From positions 1,171 to 65,170 of the forward strand of contig WREI01000006.1 of NCBI GenBank assembly GCA_009779405.1: DNA of 64,000 nucleotides, given 5' to 3'. The notes beneath the pieces were generated by a model, which worked only from the letters and a program-made list of their open reading frames with translations, was not told the origin of the DNA and did no database searches. This DNA comes from Clostridiales bacterium (GTDB lineage Bacteria > Bacillota > Clostridia > Christensenellales > CAG-138). The translations under genes were made by a program, and so were the position numbers. This document shows positions 52,567-62,025 of the stretch, piece by piece. Numbering within the stretch: position 1 is the stretch's first letter; the number at the start of each line of letters is the position of its first letter.

Positions 52567-52660
52567 TACGTGACTTTTCGGGCGGTAAAAGTCACTCCCG
52601 AAAATCCGCTTTTTCCCTTATAATAATTGTGTATGCTTATTATCATAGGGAGAATGAAAA

Positions 52661-55354
52661 ATGAAAAAAACAAGAAAAAACTTTGCCGTATTGCTGGCAG
52701 CGATCCTGATGCTGACCCTGTTGCCCATGTTTACGCTTCGCTCGGCATTGGCGCTGTCGCCGGGCAACGACGCCGCATGGATGGGGAATTGGACAGACCA
52801 ATCATCCCCCGCTGCGCTGCTCGACCCCTCGGATATCGCGGCGGATAACAACGGCAACATTTATGTTGTGGATTATACCTACCAGTTGTTATGGAAATAC
52901 ACGGCGTCAACGGGGCTTTGGACAACCATTACCCCCTCCGGTCAAATGTATCCGGGCAGGCGTTTCAAGTGGGTTGCGGTCGACGGAGCGGGCAATGTAT
53001 ACATCGCGGCCACCGAAACGTATGCGCCCGGTTACCCCCTTGTCTTAATGTATAAGGAGGGCAGCGGTTGGTCGGACATCACCCATGGCAACTTATTTCA
53101 GGAAATAAGCGGAATTGCCGCGGACAGCAAGGGCAATGTGTACGCCATCGACGCGCGCGCGGCCATCCCCAACGTTTCGCCCAACAATACCAGTGCGGTA
53201 TACAGGCTGGCGGCCGGGACGAACGCATGGGTGGGGATCACCGGCTCCTTTACGGGCGGCATCTTCAACAACCCGAGCTGGACGGACTGGAGCAGCCCGT
53301 TCCGCGCCCCTATCGCGGTCGCGGTGGATAAAAACGACAATGTCTATGTTGTGACGGAGCAGTTTACCTATGCCACCACCCTCTTTAGCAGTGCCATCTA
53401 TCAATACAATAACACGCCCGGCGATTGGGATGCGCTATTCAGTACGCGCAACCTTGTGCCAAACCCGACGGGGCTCGCCATAGACAGCCAGGGCGTCTTC
53501 TACGTGAGCGATTCGGTCAGGAAGTATGTCTATGCCATCTTCCCGGCGTCGGATACGATTTATCAGATAGAAAACGCGCCGGGCGGCACGAATCTGTTCC
53601 AGGCACCCGCAGGCATCGCGGTGGATGGCAAGGACAACGTGTATGCCCTCGACATGGTCGGCGGCGCGGGAAAGGTTTACAAGCATATAGCCTGGGTCAA
53701 CCAAATCGCCTGGACGACCCATCCCGGCGGCGGCGTGTATGAGGATCAGCCGCTGGGCAGCGCACCCGCCGTACTGCTGAAAACGACGGGCGGCGAGACG
53801 GTGACCGTCGCGGACGCGGCGTTGGTCGCACTTGCGCTCACCACCCCGAGCGGCGCAGTCCTAAACGGCACAAAATCCAAAACATGGACAAGTGGCGCGG
53901 CGAGCTTCCCCGGTCTCAGCGTGGATACCTACGGCACCTATACACTGACCGCTTCGTCCACATTACAGAGCAGCCAAATCACGCGCTTGTTCAGCGGCGG
54001 GATTTATTATCCCGGCGGAGAGACCCTCTATGGCGCGACCATCCGTTCCGCCCCCAGCAACTCATTCACCATCGGCGCGTACCCGCCCATCGAAGGGACT
54101 TTGGGCGCACTGACCTTGGACGGATCAAACGGCAGGCTGACTGCCACGGTTTCGGGCGGCTCGGGGGTTTATGTCTATACATGGTCGGTGGCGGGGCAGG
54201 GGGCGCCGGTGAATACGCCCTCCGGCAACACATATCTGCCAGCCGCAAGCGAGCTCGGCAAGGCCATCACCTGCACGGTGACCAAGGCGGAGCGAAAGGG
54301 CAGCCTGACGGCAAGCGAGACGGTCTATCGCGCGGATATCACTGCATCCGGCGCGCAGGGCGCGGACGCGGTTGCCATCCGAGGCTTCACCAGATATGGC
54401 AAGCACCTGGACACCATGATTATAGACTACACGCTGGCAAACATAGGTAACGCAAGCAACACCCTCACATATTCGGGCAAGGCAACCCCGCCCATACCGG
54501 TCACGGCGCCCGGCAGCAGTTCCTCCTATACCCAGTTTGTGTCCGGCGATGCGGTGAACGGTGTCATCACGCTTGTCGGGACATTTGCGCACACAAATCA
54601 TGTCTTGACCGGGACGGTGGGCATCGATGTGAACAGCGCCGACGGCACGCTGACGGCGAACACAAGCGCTGTCACGGGCGGCTCGGGCGCGTTTGCATAC
54701 GCATGGTCGGGCGAGAGTGTCACCGATTCCGGCGCCGCTACGCTCCCTGTGGAGAACTATAATTTGGGCCAAGAGCTCACGCTGACCCTCACCCGTGCCG
54801 ACGCCCCCGGCAGCCAGCTGACGGCGACCATCAAGGTATACAAGGTGGAAGCGTCCCTGTCCGGCAATATACCGGGCGATTCGATCACGATCGCGGGCCC
54901 CTACGGCAAGGTGGGCAGCCAAATCGCAATAGCCTATGTCGTGTCGGAGGCGGGTACGGCCAACGGTCTGACCCTGTCCGGCCCCGGCGATCTCTTCATC
55001 CCCGAAGAACCGGGAGGAAGCTACCCCTCGACCGACTGGATCGTGTCGGTGTACCCGCTCACCGGTTCCATCAACTATCCGATTCCGAACAATGTGGAGT
55101 TGGGCGGGATCATCACAATCGGGGCGGCTTTTTGGCATGAAGGATATACGCCGCCCCCCCTGCGCGGCGACGCAAACTGCGACGGCGTCGTCGATGCGAA
55201 AGACGCGGCGGCCATCCTGCGCCACCTGGCGGGCCTGTCCACTCTAACGCCGCAAGGCGAAATCAACGCCTTAGTCTCCGGCGGCACAAGCGTCTCCGCT
55301 GTCGACGCGGCGATGATACTGCGCTATCTGGCGGGCTTAATCACAGTACTGTAA
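52661..55354 (+). CDS. Secreted six-bladed NHL-type beta-propeller protein with Ig-like repeats and a C-terminal dockerin
   Basis: Signal peptide, then six blades (NGNIYVVD, AGNVYIAA, KGNVYAID, NDNVYVVT, QGVFYVSD, KDNVYALD). Repeated GGSG-x-[YF]-x-Y-x-WS Ig-like modules follow, then the dockerin GDANCDGVVDAKDAAAILRHLAGL / VSAVDAAMILRYLAGL. Confidence 0.85.
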   Translation: MKKTRKNFAVLLAAILMLTLLPMFTLRSALALSPGNDAAWMGNWTDQSSPAALLDPSDIAADNNGNIYVVDYTYQLLWKYTASTGLWTTITPSGQMYPGRRFKWVAVDGAGNVYIAATETYAPGYPLVLMYKEGSGWSDITHGNLFQEISGIAADSKGNVYAIDARAAIPNVSPNNTSAVYRLAAGTNAWVGITGSFTGGIFNNPSWTDWSSPFRAPIAVAVDKNDNVYVVTEQFTYATTLFSSAIYQYNNTPGDWDALFSTRNLVPNPTGLAIDSQGVFYVSDSVRKYVYAIFPASDTIYQIENAPGGTNLFQAPAGIAVDGKDNVYALDMVGGAGKVYKHIAWVNQIAWTTHPGGGVYEDQPLGSAPAVLLKTTGGETVTVADAALVALALTTPSGAVLNGTKSKTWTSGAASFPGLSVDTYGTYTLTASSTLQSSQITRLFSGGIYYPGGETLYGATIRSAPSNSFTIGAYPPIEGTLGALTLDGSNGRLTATVSGGSGVYVYTWSVAGQGAPVNTPSGNTYLPAASELGKAITCTVTKAERKGSLTASETVYRADITASGAQGADAVAIRGFTRYGKHLDTMIIDYTLANIGNASNTLTYSGKATPPIPVTAPGSSSSYTQFVSGDAVNGVITLVGTFAHTNHVLTGTVGIDVNSADGTLTANTSAVTGGSGAFAYAWSGESVTDSGAATLPVENYNLGQELTLTLTRADAPGSQLTATIKVYKVEASLSGNIPGDSITIAGPYGKVGSQIAIAYVVSEAGTANGLTLSGPGDLFIPEEPGGSYPSTDWIVSVYPLTGSINYPIPNNVELGGIITIGAAFWHEGYTPPPLRGDANCDGVVDAKDAAAILRHLAGLSTLTPQGEINALVSGGTSVSAVDAAMILRYLAGLITVL
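55166..55351 (+). other. Dockerin module (C-terminal)
   Basis: The last ~62 residues carry duplicated Ca-loop and helix segments. Confidence 0.85.
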
Positions 55355-55371
55355 TACAAAACATTCCAATC

Positions 55372-55397
55372 AAAAAACGCCCGCAAGGGCGTTTTTT
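55372..55397. terminator. Bidirectional terminator between the NHL-dockerin gene and pckG
   Basis: AAAAAACGCCCgcaaGGGCGTTTTTT is a GC stem flanked by an A-run and a T-run, between convergent genes. Confidence 0.8.
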
Positions 55398-55436
55398 CTA
55401 ACATTGAACATTGCGCGTTGAACACTGCGTATTGCC

Positions 55437-57233
55437 TTACCCCCGCAGTCTCGTCTCCAAAGCCGCCAACTGCGCATGCAGTTCCTCCGGCAGCGTCGCC
55501 CCGAACTTCGCATAATTCTCCTTAATGGATTCAATCTCGAGCATCCACGCATCCGCATCCACGCGCAACAACTCCTCCATATCCTCGCGGGATATATCCA
55601 GTCCCGCCGTGTCGATATCCTCCGGCGCGGGCATATTGCCGATCGCCGTGGCGTGCGCGCGGCCCTTGCCGCCCACGCGCTCGATGATCCACTTCAGCAC
55701 ACGGCTGTTCTCGCCGAAGCCCGGCCAGAGCCAGCGGCCATCGGCGGTTTTGCGGAACCAGTTGACATAGTAGATGCGCGGCAGCTTGTTTTCGTCCGCC
55801 ATCCCGCCGATATCCAGCCAGTGCTGCAAATAATCGCAGACATTGTAGCCCATAAAGGGGAGCATCGCGAAGGGGTCGCGGCGCACCTGGCCGATTTTGT
55901 CCGAAATGACGGCGGCGGTGATCTCCGAACCCATCACGGAGCCGAGGAACACGCCGTGCTTCCAGTCGAAGCTCTCGTGGATGAGGGGTATCGTGCTCGG
56001 ACGGCGTCCGCCAATCAGAATGGCCGATATGGGTACGCCCGCAGGCTCTTCCCATTCGGGGGCTATGACCGGGCATTGGTCGGCGGGCGCGGTGAAGCGC
56101 GCGTTCGGGTGGGCCGCCTTGCGTCCGCAGCCCGGCGTCCAGTCATTGCCCTGCCAGTCTATCAGGTGTTCGGGCGCGGGCGTCCCGATATCCTCCCACC
56201 AGACGTCGCCGTTGTCGGTCAGCGCAACGTTCGTGAAGATCGTGTTCTTCGCGACGGTCGCCATGGCGCTGGGGTTGGATTTTTCCGAGGTGCCGGGCGC
56301 GACGCCGAAGAAGCCCGCTTCGGGGTTGATCGCGTAGAGTCTGCCGTCTTCGCCAAAGCGCATCCAGGAGATATCGTCCCCGACGGTCTCCACGGTCCAG
56401 CCGGGTATGGTCGGCACGAGCATGGCGAGGTTCGTCTTGCCGCAGGCACTCGGAAACGCCGCGCAGACATAATTCGCATTGCCCTCGGGGTCGGTCAATT
56501 TCAAAATCAGCATATGTTCGGCCAGCCACATCTCGTCCCGCGCCTGCACCGAGGCGATGCGCAGGGCGAAGCACTTTTTGCCGAGCAGCGCGTTCCCGCC
56601 ATAGCCCGAGCCATAGGACCAGATCATGCGCTCCTCGGGGAAATGGCTGATATATTTCTGCTCCATCGGCGCGCAGGGCCAGGCGGCGTCCACGTCGCCC
56701 TCGGCCAGCGGCGCGCCCACGGAGTGCAGGCAGCGCACAAAGTCGCCATCGCCCAGCGCGTCCAGTACCGCCGCGCCCATACGCGTCATAATGCGCATAT
56801 TGACGACGACATAGGGGCTGTCCGTCACTTCCACGCCGATCTTCGCAATCGGGGAGCCTATAGGCCCCATGGAGAAGGGGATAACATACATGATCCGCCC
56901 ACGCATACAGCCACGATAGAGCTCCGTCATCGTCGCCTTCAATTCCGCCGGGTCGACCCAGTTGTTCGTCGGGCCGGCGTCCTCCTGTTTCAAAGACGCG
57001 ATATAGGTCCTGTCCTCCACGCGCGCCACATCGGAGGGGTGACTGCGGAAGAGATAACAGCCGGGCCGCTTTTCGGGATTCAAGGGTATCGCCATACCGA
57101 TTGCCACCATCTCGCCCAGCAGGCGCTCATACTCTTCCTGCGAACCATCGCAAAGGACAACGCTGTCCGGTTGGCACAAATCGGCCAGCTCCGCAATCCA
57201 CGCATGCAGTTTTTTGTTTGAAACGGTAATCAT
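55437..57233 (-). CDS. pckG: Phosphoenolpyruvate carboxykinase (GTP)
   Basis: [14 protein letters not shown] and FPSACGKTN motifs, about 600 aa and colinear with GTP-PEPCK. ATG 57233 follows AGGAGG. Confidence 0.95.
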   Translation of the reverse strand: MITVSNKKLHAWIAELADLCQPDSVVLCDGSQEEYERLLGEMVAIGMAIPLNPEKRPGCYLFRSHPSDVARVEDRTYIASLKQEDAGPTNNWVDPAELKATMTELYRGCMRGRIMYVIPFSMGPIGSPIAKIGVEVTDSPYVVVNMRIMTRMGAAVLDALGDGDFVRCLHSVGAPLAEGDVDAAWPCAPMEQKYISHFPEERMIWSYGSGYGGNALLGKKCFALRIASVQARDEMWLAEHMLILKLTDPEGNANYVCAAFPSACGKTNLAMLVPTIPGWTVETVGDDISWMRFGEDGRLYAINPEAGFFGVAPGTSEKSNPSAMATVAKNTIFTNVALTDNGDVWWEDIGTPAPEHLIDWQGNDWTPGCGRKAAHPNARFTAPADQCPVIAPEWEEPAGVPISAILIGGRRPSTIPLIHESFDWKHGVFLGSVMGSEITAAVISDKIGQVRRDPFAMLPFMGYNVCDYLQHWLDIGGMADENKLPRIYYVNWFRKTADGRWLWPGFGENSRVLKWIIERVGGKGRAHATAIGNMPAPEDIDTAGLDISREDMEELLRVDADAWMLEIESIKENYAKFGATLPEELHAQLAALETRLRG

Positions 57234-57265
57234 AATAACAACGTCCTCCTGAAAAATATATATAC

Positions 57266-57279
57266 TCGGCATATGCCGA
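57266..57279. promoter_or_regulatory. 14-bp perfect palindrome TCGGCATATGCCGA in the pckG leader (candidate operator)
   Basis: Lies just downstream of the predicted pckG -10 and 33 nt upstream of the ATG. Confidence 0.35.
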
Positions 57280-57288
57280 ATTAAAATA

Positions 57289-57318
57289 TTTATACCATAT
57301 AGCCGCCGCCTTTGTCAA
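57289..57318 (-). promoter_or_regulatory. Candidate pckG promoter
   Basis: The minus strand reads TTGACA, an 18-nt spacer, then TGgTATAAA. Confidence 0.55.
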
Positions 57319-57340
57319 ACGTGAAATCAGATGTTATAAT
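57312..57340 (+). promoter_or_regulatory. Candidate promoter of the decayed kinase gene, back-to-back with the pckG promoter
   Basis: TTGTCA, a 17-nt spacer, then TGtTATAAT. Its -35 overlaps the pckG -35 on the opposite strand. Confidence 0.5.
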
Positions 57341-57371
57341 ATAAAAAAGCAGGAAGGGCATTTGTGCTGTA

Positions 57372-60126
57372 ATGCAAAAAGGGAAGGGCAGGCGTATGGG
57401 ACGCGCGGCGGCGTGGGCCTTGCTCTGTCTGCTCCTCCTGTCCCTCGGGGGTTGTACCATGGGCGACGGCCAGGAAACGGTCTACAGCTTTATCGAAGAC
57501 CACACGGCCTATCCCGCCGTGCTCGCACAAATGCTGCCGATCCATGCAAGAGAAAAATCCAACCGCGTCTTCGAATCCCTGCAAAGCGGGGTGGCGGAGG
57601 CCTTCGATGTGCAGGCCCTGCCCGCGTTGGAAGGCGGCGTCGCGGCATATTGGTATCCCCACTATCTCTCCACGGTCGTTATAGCAGTCGACCGTGATAG
57701 GACAGAAACCGCCATACGCGGCTGGCGCGACCTCCTCTCCGCAAACGAGACGGTCGGCTATGCGGGCCTGTATCCGAGCGAGGTGCAGTTGGCCGCCGTG
57801 GCCTGCGGGCTGGAGGGGGAGGATTTCAATCTGCGCGGCGCGGCCGATTTTCTGACGAAACTGCGGGCCGTGGGCCACTTCGACAGAAGCTTCGACCCTG
57901 CTATCTTGATCTGCTATGACCACCAGGCGGTCGCGCTGAAGCAGGCCGGGCGCAACTTGGAGATCATCGTCCCCGAGGAGTGAACCCTGGGCTATGCGCG
58001 GGGCATTTTATCGAAGGCTCCCCTCCATTTCGAAGGGGATGTGGAAACCCTGCTGCTCGCCGCCGGGTTCCGCCTGCCCGATGGGCGCTGTGACGAAGCC
58101 CTCTACCCGAGTGCCGCGGCTTATGCGAACGCAAACCGGGTGACGGACTGCGCGCGCTTTAACAACGTATGTATGGACGGCAACCGCATATACCGCCGCA
58201 TCGTGCTTCGGGAGCGCCTGTTCAGCTCCGTGGACAATCGGGAGCACCAGCTCGTTGCGCTGCTGTATATGGTTCTCGTCGTGGTCTGGTTCGCATCTGT
58301 GATGCGCCGCGCTATGCAGCGGGGCGTGCGGCGCACGGCGTTGTTTACCGCACTCATCCTGTTGCTTTGGATGTGTATGCGCCTGATGAAATGGCAAATT
58401 CCCGATAACACGCTGAGCCGCTATCTGTGGTATGGCTATTATATATGCCAGATGGCGCTGCCGTGGGCAGCTTTGCGGTTGGCTTGGAACATTGACAGGC
58501 GGGAGGATGCCCCGTTTCCGGGGTGGCTGCGCGCGATCATCGCAATCAGCACACTGCTTCTCATCCTTGTCCTCAGCAACGATCTGCACAACCTCGTATT
58601 TCAGATCGACCTGCGCAAGGGTACCCATTGCATGGGAAAGCGATTATACGATGGTTGTCGGCCTGTTCCCGTTGCTGTTTTTCGAGACCGCGATGTGCAG
58701 CGGCATGAGCTGGCCCCTGAACGCCCGCGCCCTCGTCTCCCTGCTGTTGGCCCTCGGCATACTGGCGCAGACGGCGGCGCTGGTTGCGAGCTATTTCCGA
58801 CGCCCGTTGCGCCGCACCCGTTGGCTTGAAAACGCTTTTGAACTGTGTATATGGTTCCACCTCCTCATCCTCTCCCTGCCCTATGGGCGGGGCCAGCACA
58901 GCCACTGGATAGGCATGATAGTCCCGTCGGGATACGAAACATTGCGCTATATCGCCGCCGCCGCAACTGTCCTGTCCGCCTGCATTGTAACGGTAAACGC
59001 AAAACGGGTGAGCCCGCTGCCGTCGGTCGCTGCCGTCTGCCTGACCCTGCCGTTTATGGAGAACCTCGCGCGGGGCATGTATGCCTGGCTGTATATCGTG
59101 GCGCTCCTGTTCTGGCTCCTGCGCGGCACGCTCGTTTGCATACGCCGCTTCCGCGAAATCCGCACGGGCATCTCGGCCCTGTCCATCAAAAAACGCCATC
59201 GATACCCTGTCCGCCGGACTCCTGTTCTGCGAGCCGGGCGGCTTTATCCTGCTTGCCAACGCACGCATGCAGGAACTGATGTATATCATCTGCGGCAGGG
59301 CACAGCGCAACGGCAATCGTTTCTATGAGACCCTGCGCGCGGGCGTGCTCCCGTCCGGTTGCGAACGGGCGGAATGCGAAGGGCAGCCGGTGTGCCTGCT
59401 GCCCGACAACAGCGCCTGGATGTTTATCAGGACGGAGCTGCAAATCAAAAACAAGACCTGTATCCAGCTGCATGCCGCCGATATCACCGAGCGCTGGGCG
59501 TTGGCGGCGCAGTTGCGGGCGCAGGAAAGTGAATTGATGCGCCACAGCGAAGAACTAAAGGATACAATGGCAAGCTTGCATATACTCTGCCGCGAACGGG
59601 AAATCCAGCGGGTCAAAACGCGCGCGCACGATATATTGGGCGGACGCCTGACCATACTGATCCACGCCCTGCGCAGCGGGCGCACGCAGGATCTGCTCCA
59701 CATCAATTTGGAGGATCTGCTCCGCGCCCTGCAAGGGGACGGCACCGACGCCCCGCAGAATCAGTGGGAAGCCCTGTGCCGAGCCTATGTAAGCATTGGC
59801 GTGGAATTATGTTTGGATGGAGCGCTGCCGGGAGAAGGGAGACAGGAGACAGAGGTCAGGCTCTTGTAAATATCATCGGCGAGGGCGCGAACAATGCGGT
59901 GCGCCATGGCTTTGCGACCGTGGTAAACGTGCAAATCCGGTATGCAAACGGCAATTGTCATATGGAGATAAGCGACAACGGACGCCCGCCTGCAAAGCCC
60001 GTCATGGAGGGCGGCGGCATAGGCGGCATGCGAAGCAAGGCGGCGGTATTGGGCGGCATGCTGACCGTAATCACAGAACCGCGCTTTGTGCTCAGAGCGG
60101 AGTTGCCGGGAGGGGACTATGTATAA
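57372..60126 (+). pseudogene. Decayed sensor histidine kinase (lipoprotein-type periplasmic-binding-like domain, multi-TM, PAS-like, HisKA_3, HATPase)
   Basis: Four ORF-track pieces (57372..57983, 58041..58829, 58432..59328, 59081..59869) plus 59764..60126 join into one colinear kinase. The H-box is RAHDILGGRLTILIHAL and the ATPase motifs are EGANNAVRHG..DNG..GGGIGGMR. The lesions are an in-frame TGA at 57981..57983, a frameshift near 58615..58640, a frameshift in the A6 run 59188..59193, and a frameshift near 59830..59868. Confidence 0.75.
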
Positions 60127-60736
60127 AGTATTGATCGTCGACGACCACGATTTTATCAGTGACGCGCTAACGGCCGCGCTGGAGGCTACGGGCGAATATT
60201 CGGTGGTCTGCAAATTGTCGAACGCCGCCTATGCCGAGACCTTCTGCGCGAGATTGCGCCCCGATCTGGTGTTGATGGACGTCTGCACGGACGGCGGCGC
60301 GTCGGGCATCGCCGCAACCAGGACGCTTTGCGAACTGTATCCCGATATAAAAATCATCGTAATGTCCGGCTTCAATGAAATCACCTATGCGCCGCGGGCG
60401 AAGGAAGCGGGCGCGCGCGCCTTTGTATTCAAGAGCAGGAGTCTCGATTATTTTATCGAAGTCGTCCGCAAAGTAATGCGGGGCGAATATTGCTATCCCG
60501 AAACGAAGAGCATCCCCATGCCCGTGGGCGAGACCGCGCTTACGGAACGGGAGATGGAAGTGTTGCGCCTGATGTGCAGGAATATGACGAGCCGCGAGAT
60601 CGCCGCGGAACTGTTTATCAGCGTCGATACGGTCAAATATCGCAAGGCCAATATGCTGGCCAAGACGGGCTTCACAAAATCCGTCGACCTCGTATTCTAT
60701 GTGCTCTCGGGCGGCTGGATCAACCCGATGTATTGA
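60119..60736 (+). CDS. NarL/LuxR-family response regulator
   Basis: Receiver domain (VLIVDDHDFI.., VLMDVC) plus a LuxR HTH (LTEREMEVLRLMCRNMTSREIAAELFISVDTVKYRKANMLAKTG). ATG 60119 overlaps the kinase 3' end by 8 nt. Confidence 0.92.
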   Translation: MYKVLIVDDHDFISDALTAALEATGEYSVVCKLSNAAYAETFCARLRPDLVLMDVCTDGGASGIAATRTLCELYPDIKIIVMSGFNEITYAPRAKEAGARAFVFKSRSLDYFIEVVRKVMRGEYCYPETKSIPMPVGETALTEREMEVLRLMCRNMTSREIAAELFISVDTVKYRKANMLAKTGFTKSVDLVFYVLSGGWINPMY

Positions 60737-62025
60737 GCTTTTCGCAACTCAAATAACAAAAGCACACAAAGCATCACGCCGGGCAGTATATAGGACCATA
60801 CAACCCCCTGCGCGCCCAAGATGCCGACCAGAAAATACACGAGCGCGACCTGCACGAGTCCGCAGACGATCTGATAAAACGACGCCATATTCTGCCTGCC
60901 AAGTCCATGCAGTATGGACGTGAGCATCTGCGAAAAACACATAAAGACCATCGCCGCCGTCATCGGCGCGATATAGAGGCCCGCGTCCGCGTTCTTAAAC
61001 AGCAAATTGCCCAAGGGCTTGCTCAGCGCGATAAACAGCGCCGCGGTGGGGAACACGACGAGTGCCGTAACCCGCAGGGTCTTTTTGATCTTCGCCGCCG
61101 TATCCCGGTGCCGCTGCTTCGCGCTGTTTTCGGACAGGGTCGGCACGATCAGAACGGACAGCGCCCGCAGCAGCATATTCGGCAGCATCACCAGCGGCAG
61201 CACCATGCCCGCCAGCACGCCGAACAGCGCCACCGCGTCCGCCTGCGCCATGCCCCAAGCCGTGAGCCGAAACGGCACCAAAGTCGTACAGACGGACACT
61301 ATCGCCGTCGATACGATCCGCGTCAGCGTAATCGGCGCCGAAATCTTCAGCAACGATCCCGTAGGGGCGGCTATTGGGCGTCCATCGCCGTTCTTAATGT
61401 ACCCCCGCATCCCTTTCCGATAATGCAAAAATAAATACAGCGCCCCAAACACTTCCCCGAGCACCGTAATAAAAAGCAGCCAGGCGACAACAGCATAGGA
61501 ATCATTCAGCTTCGCGATAAACGGCAGCAAAACAAAGAGCACGGCCAGCCTGAGCAGCTGTTCCAAGACCTGCGCGAATGAGGGAACCGCAATCTCATCC
61601 ACCGCGTAGAAATACGAATAAAACAGGTTGTCAAAGCCCGTCACCAGCACCAGCAGCGCCAGCACCAGCAGGGATCGCCCCTGCCCGTCTATGCGCAGAA
61701 ATGTGGCCAGCTCCTCCCGAAAAAGCACGATCAGCAGTGCAATCACCGCCGCAGCGCCGAGAATCAGCAGGGACGCCGCCCGCACAATCCTGCGCCGCTC
61801 GGCGGGATGCTCTTTGTACGGCGCGACCAACCGCATCACGGCCACGGGTAGGCCCGAAGCGATAATGGCATTGCATATCGCGTAGACGGGCATAATCAGC
61901 GCGTAGAGCCCCACAGTCCCCGCCCCCAGTTGTCGGGAGACGATAACCCTGTACAGAAAATCAATGCCCGCGGCGGCTATGCCCGCACAGCTCAGGCGTA
62001 TTGTGTTGCGTCTCAGGCTGTTCAC
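60697..62025 (-). CDS. MOP-superfamily polysaccharide/lipid-linked oligosaccharide flippase (Wzx/SpoVB/MurJ-like)
   Basis: 442 aa with about 12-14 TM helices. It has a GTG start forming a GTGA overlap with the amidase stop. Its 3' end overlaps the convergent response-regulator gene by 40 nt. Confidence 0.8.
   Translation of the reverse strand: MNSLRRNTIRLSCAGIAAAGIDFLYRVIVSRQLGAGTVGLYALIMPVYAICNAIIASGLPVAVMRLVAPYKEHPAERRRIVRAASLLILGAAAVIALLIVLFREELATFLRIDGQGRSLLVLALLVLVTGFDNLFYSYFYAVDEIAVPSFAQVLEQLLRLAVLFVLLPFIAKLNDSYAVVAWLLFITVLGEVFGALYLFLHYRKGMRGYIKNGDGRPIAAPTGSLLKISAPITLTRIVSTAIVSVCTTLVPFRLTAWGMAQADAVALFGVLAGMVLPLVMLPNMLLRALSVLIVPTLSENSAKQRHRDTAAKIKKTLRVTALVVFPTAALFIALSKPLGNLLFKNADAGLYIAPMTAAMVFMCFSQMLTSILHGLGRQNMASFYQIVCGLVQVALVYFLVGILGAQGVVWSYILPGVMLCVLLLFELRKAQYIGLIQPPEST

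Noticed and set aside
39460-55354. Calling the dockerin region a cellulosome locus.
   Set aside because: None of the dockerin proteins carries a glycoside hydrolase, CBM or cohesin that I can recognise. The only GH (GH13, 48532..50454) lacks both a signal peptide and a dockerin.
55476-57221. A 581-aa plus-strand ORF antisense to pckG.
   Set aside because: PEPCK motifs lie on the minus strand. The antisense product is Arg/His/Gly-rich with no recognisable domain.
57981-57983. The in-frame TGA in the kinase gene read as selenocysteine or as an alternative genetic code (UGA as Gly or Trp).
   Set aside because: Many genes in the window terminate at TGA at the expected family length, often in ATGA overlaps. 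The same gene also carries three frameshifts, so a nonsense mutation in a decaying gene is the simpler explanation. I did not examine a SECIS-like hairpin in detail.
59839-59852. The 7-bp tandem duplication GAGACAG-GAGACAG as the cause of the last kinase frameshift.
   Set aside because: Removing one copy would move the reading frame to the wrong frame (frame 0), not to the frame carrying the HATPase motifs. It therefore does not explain the lesion.
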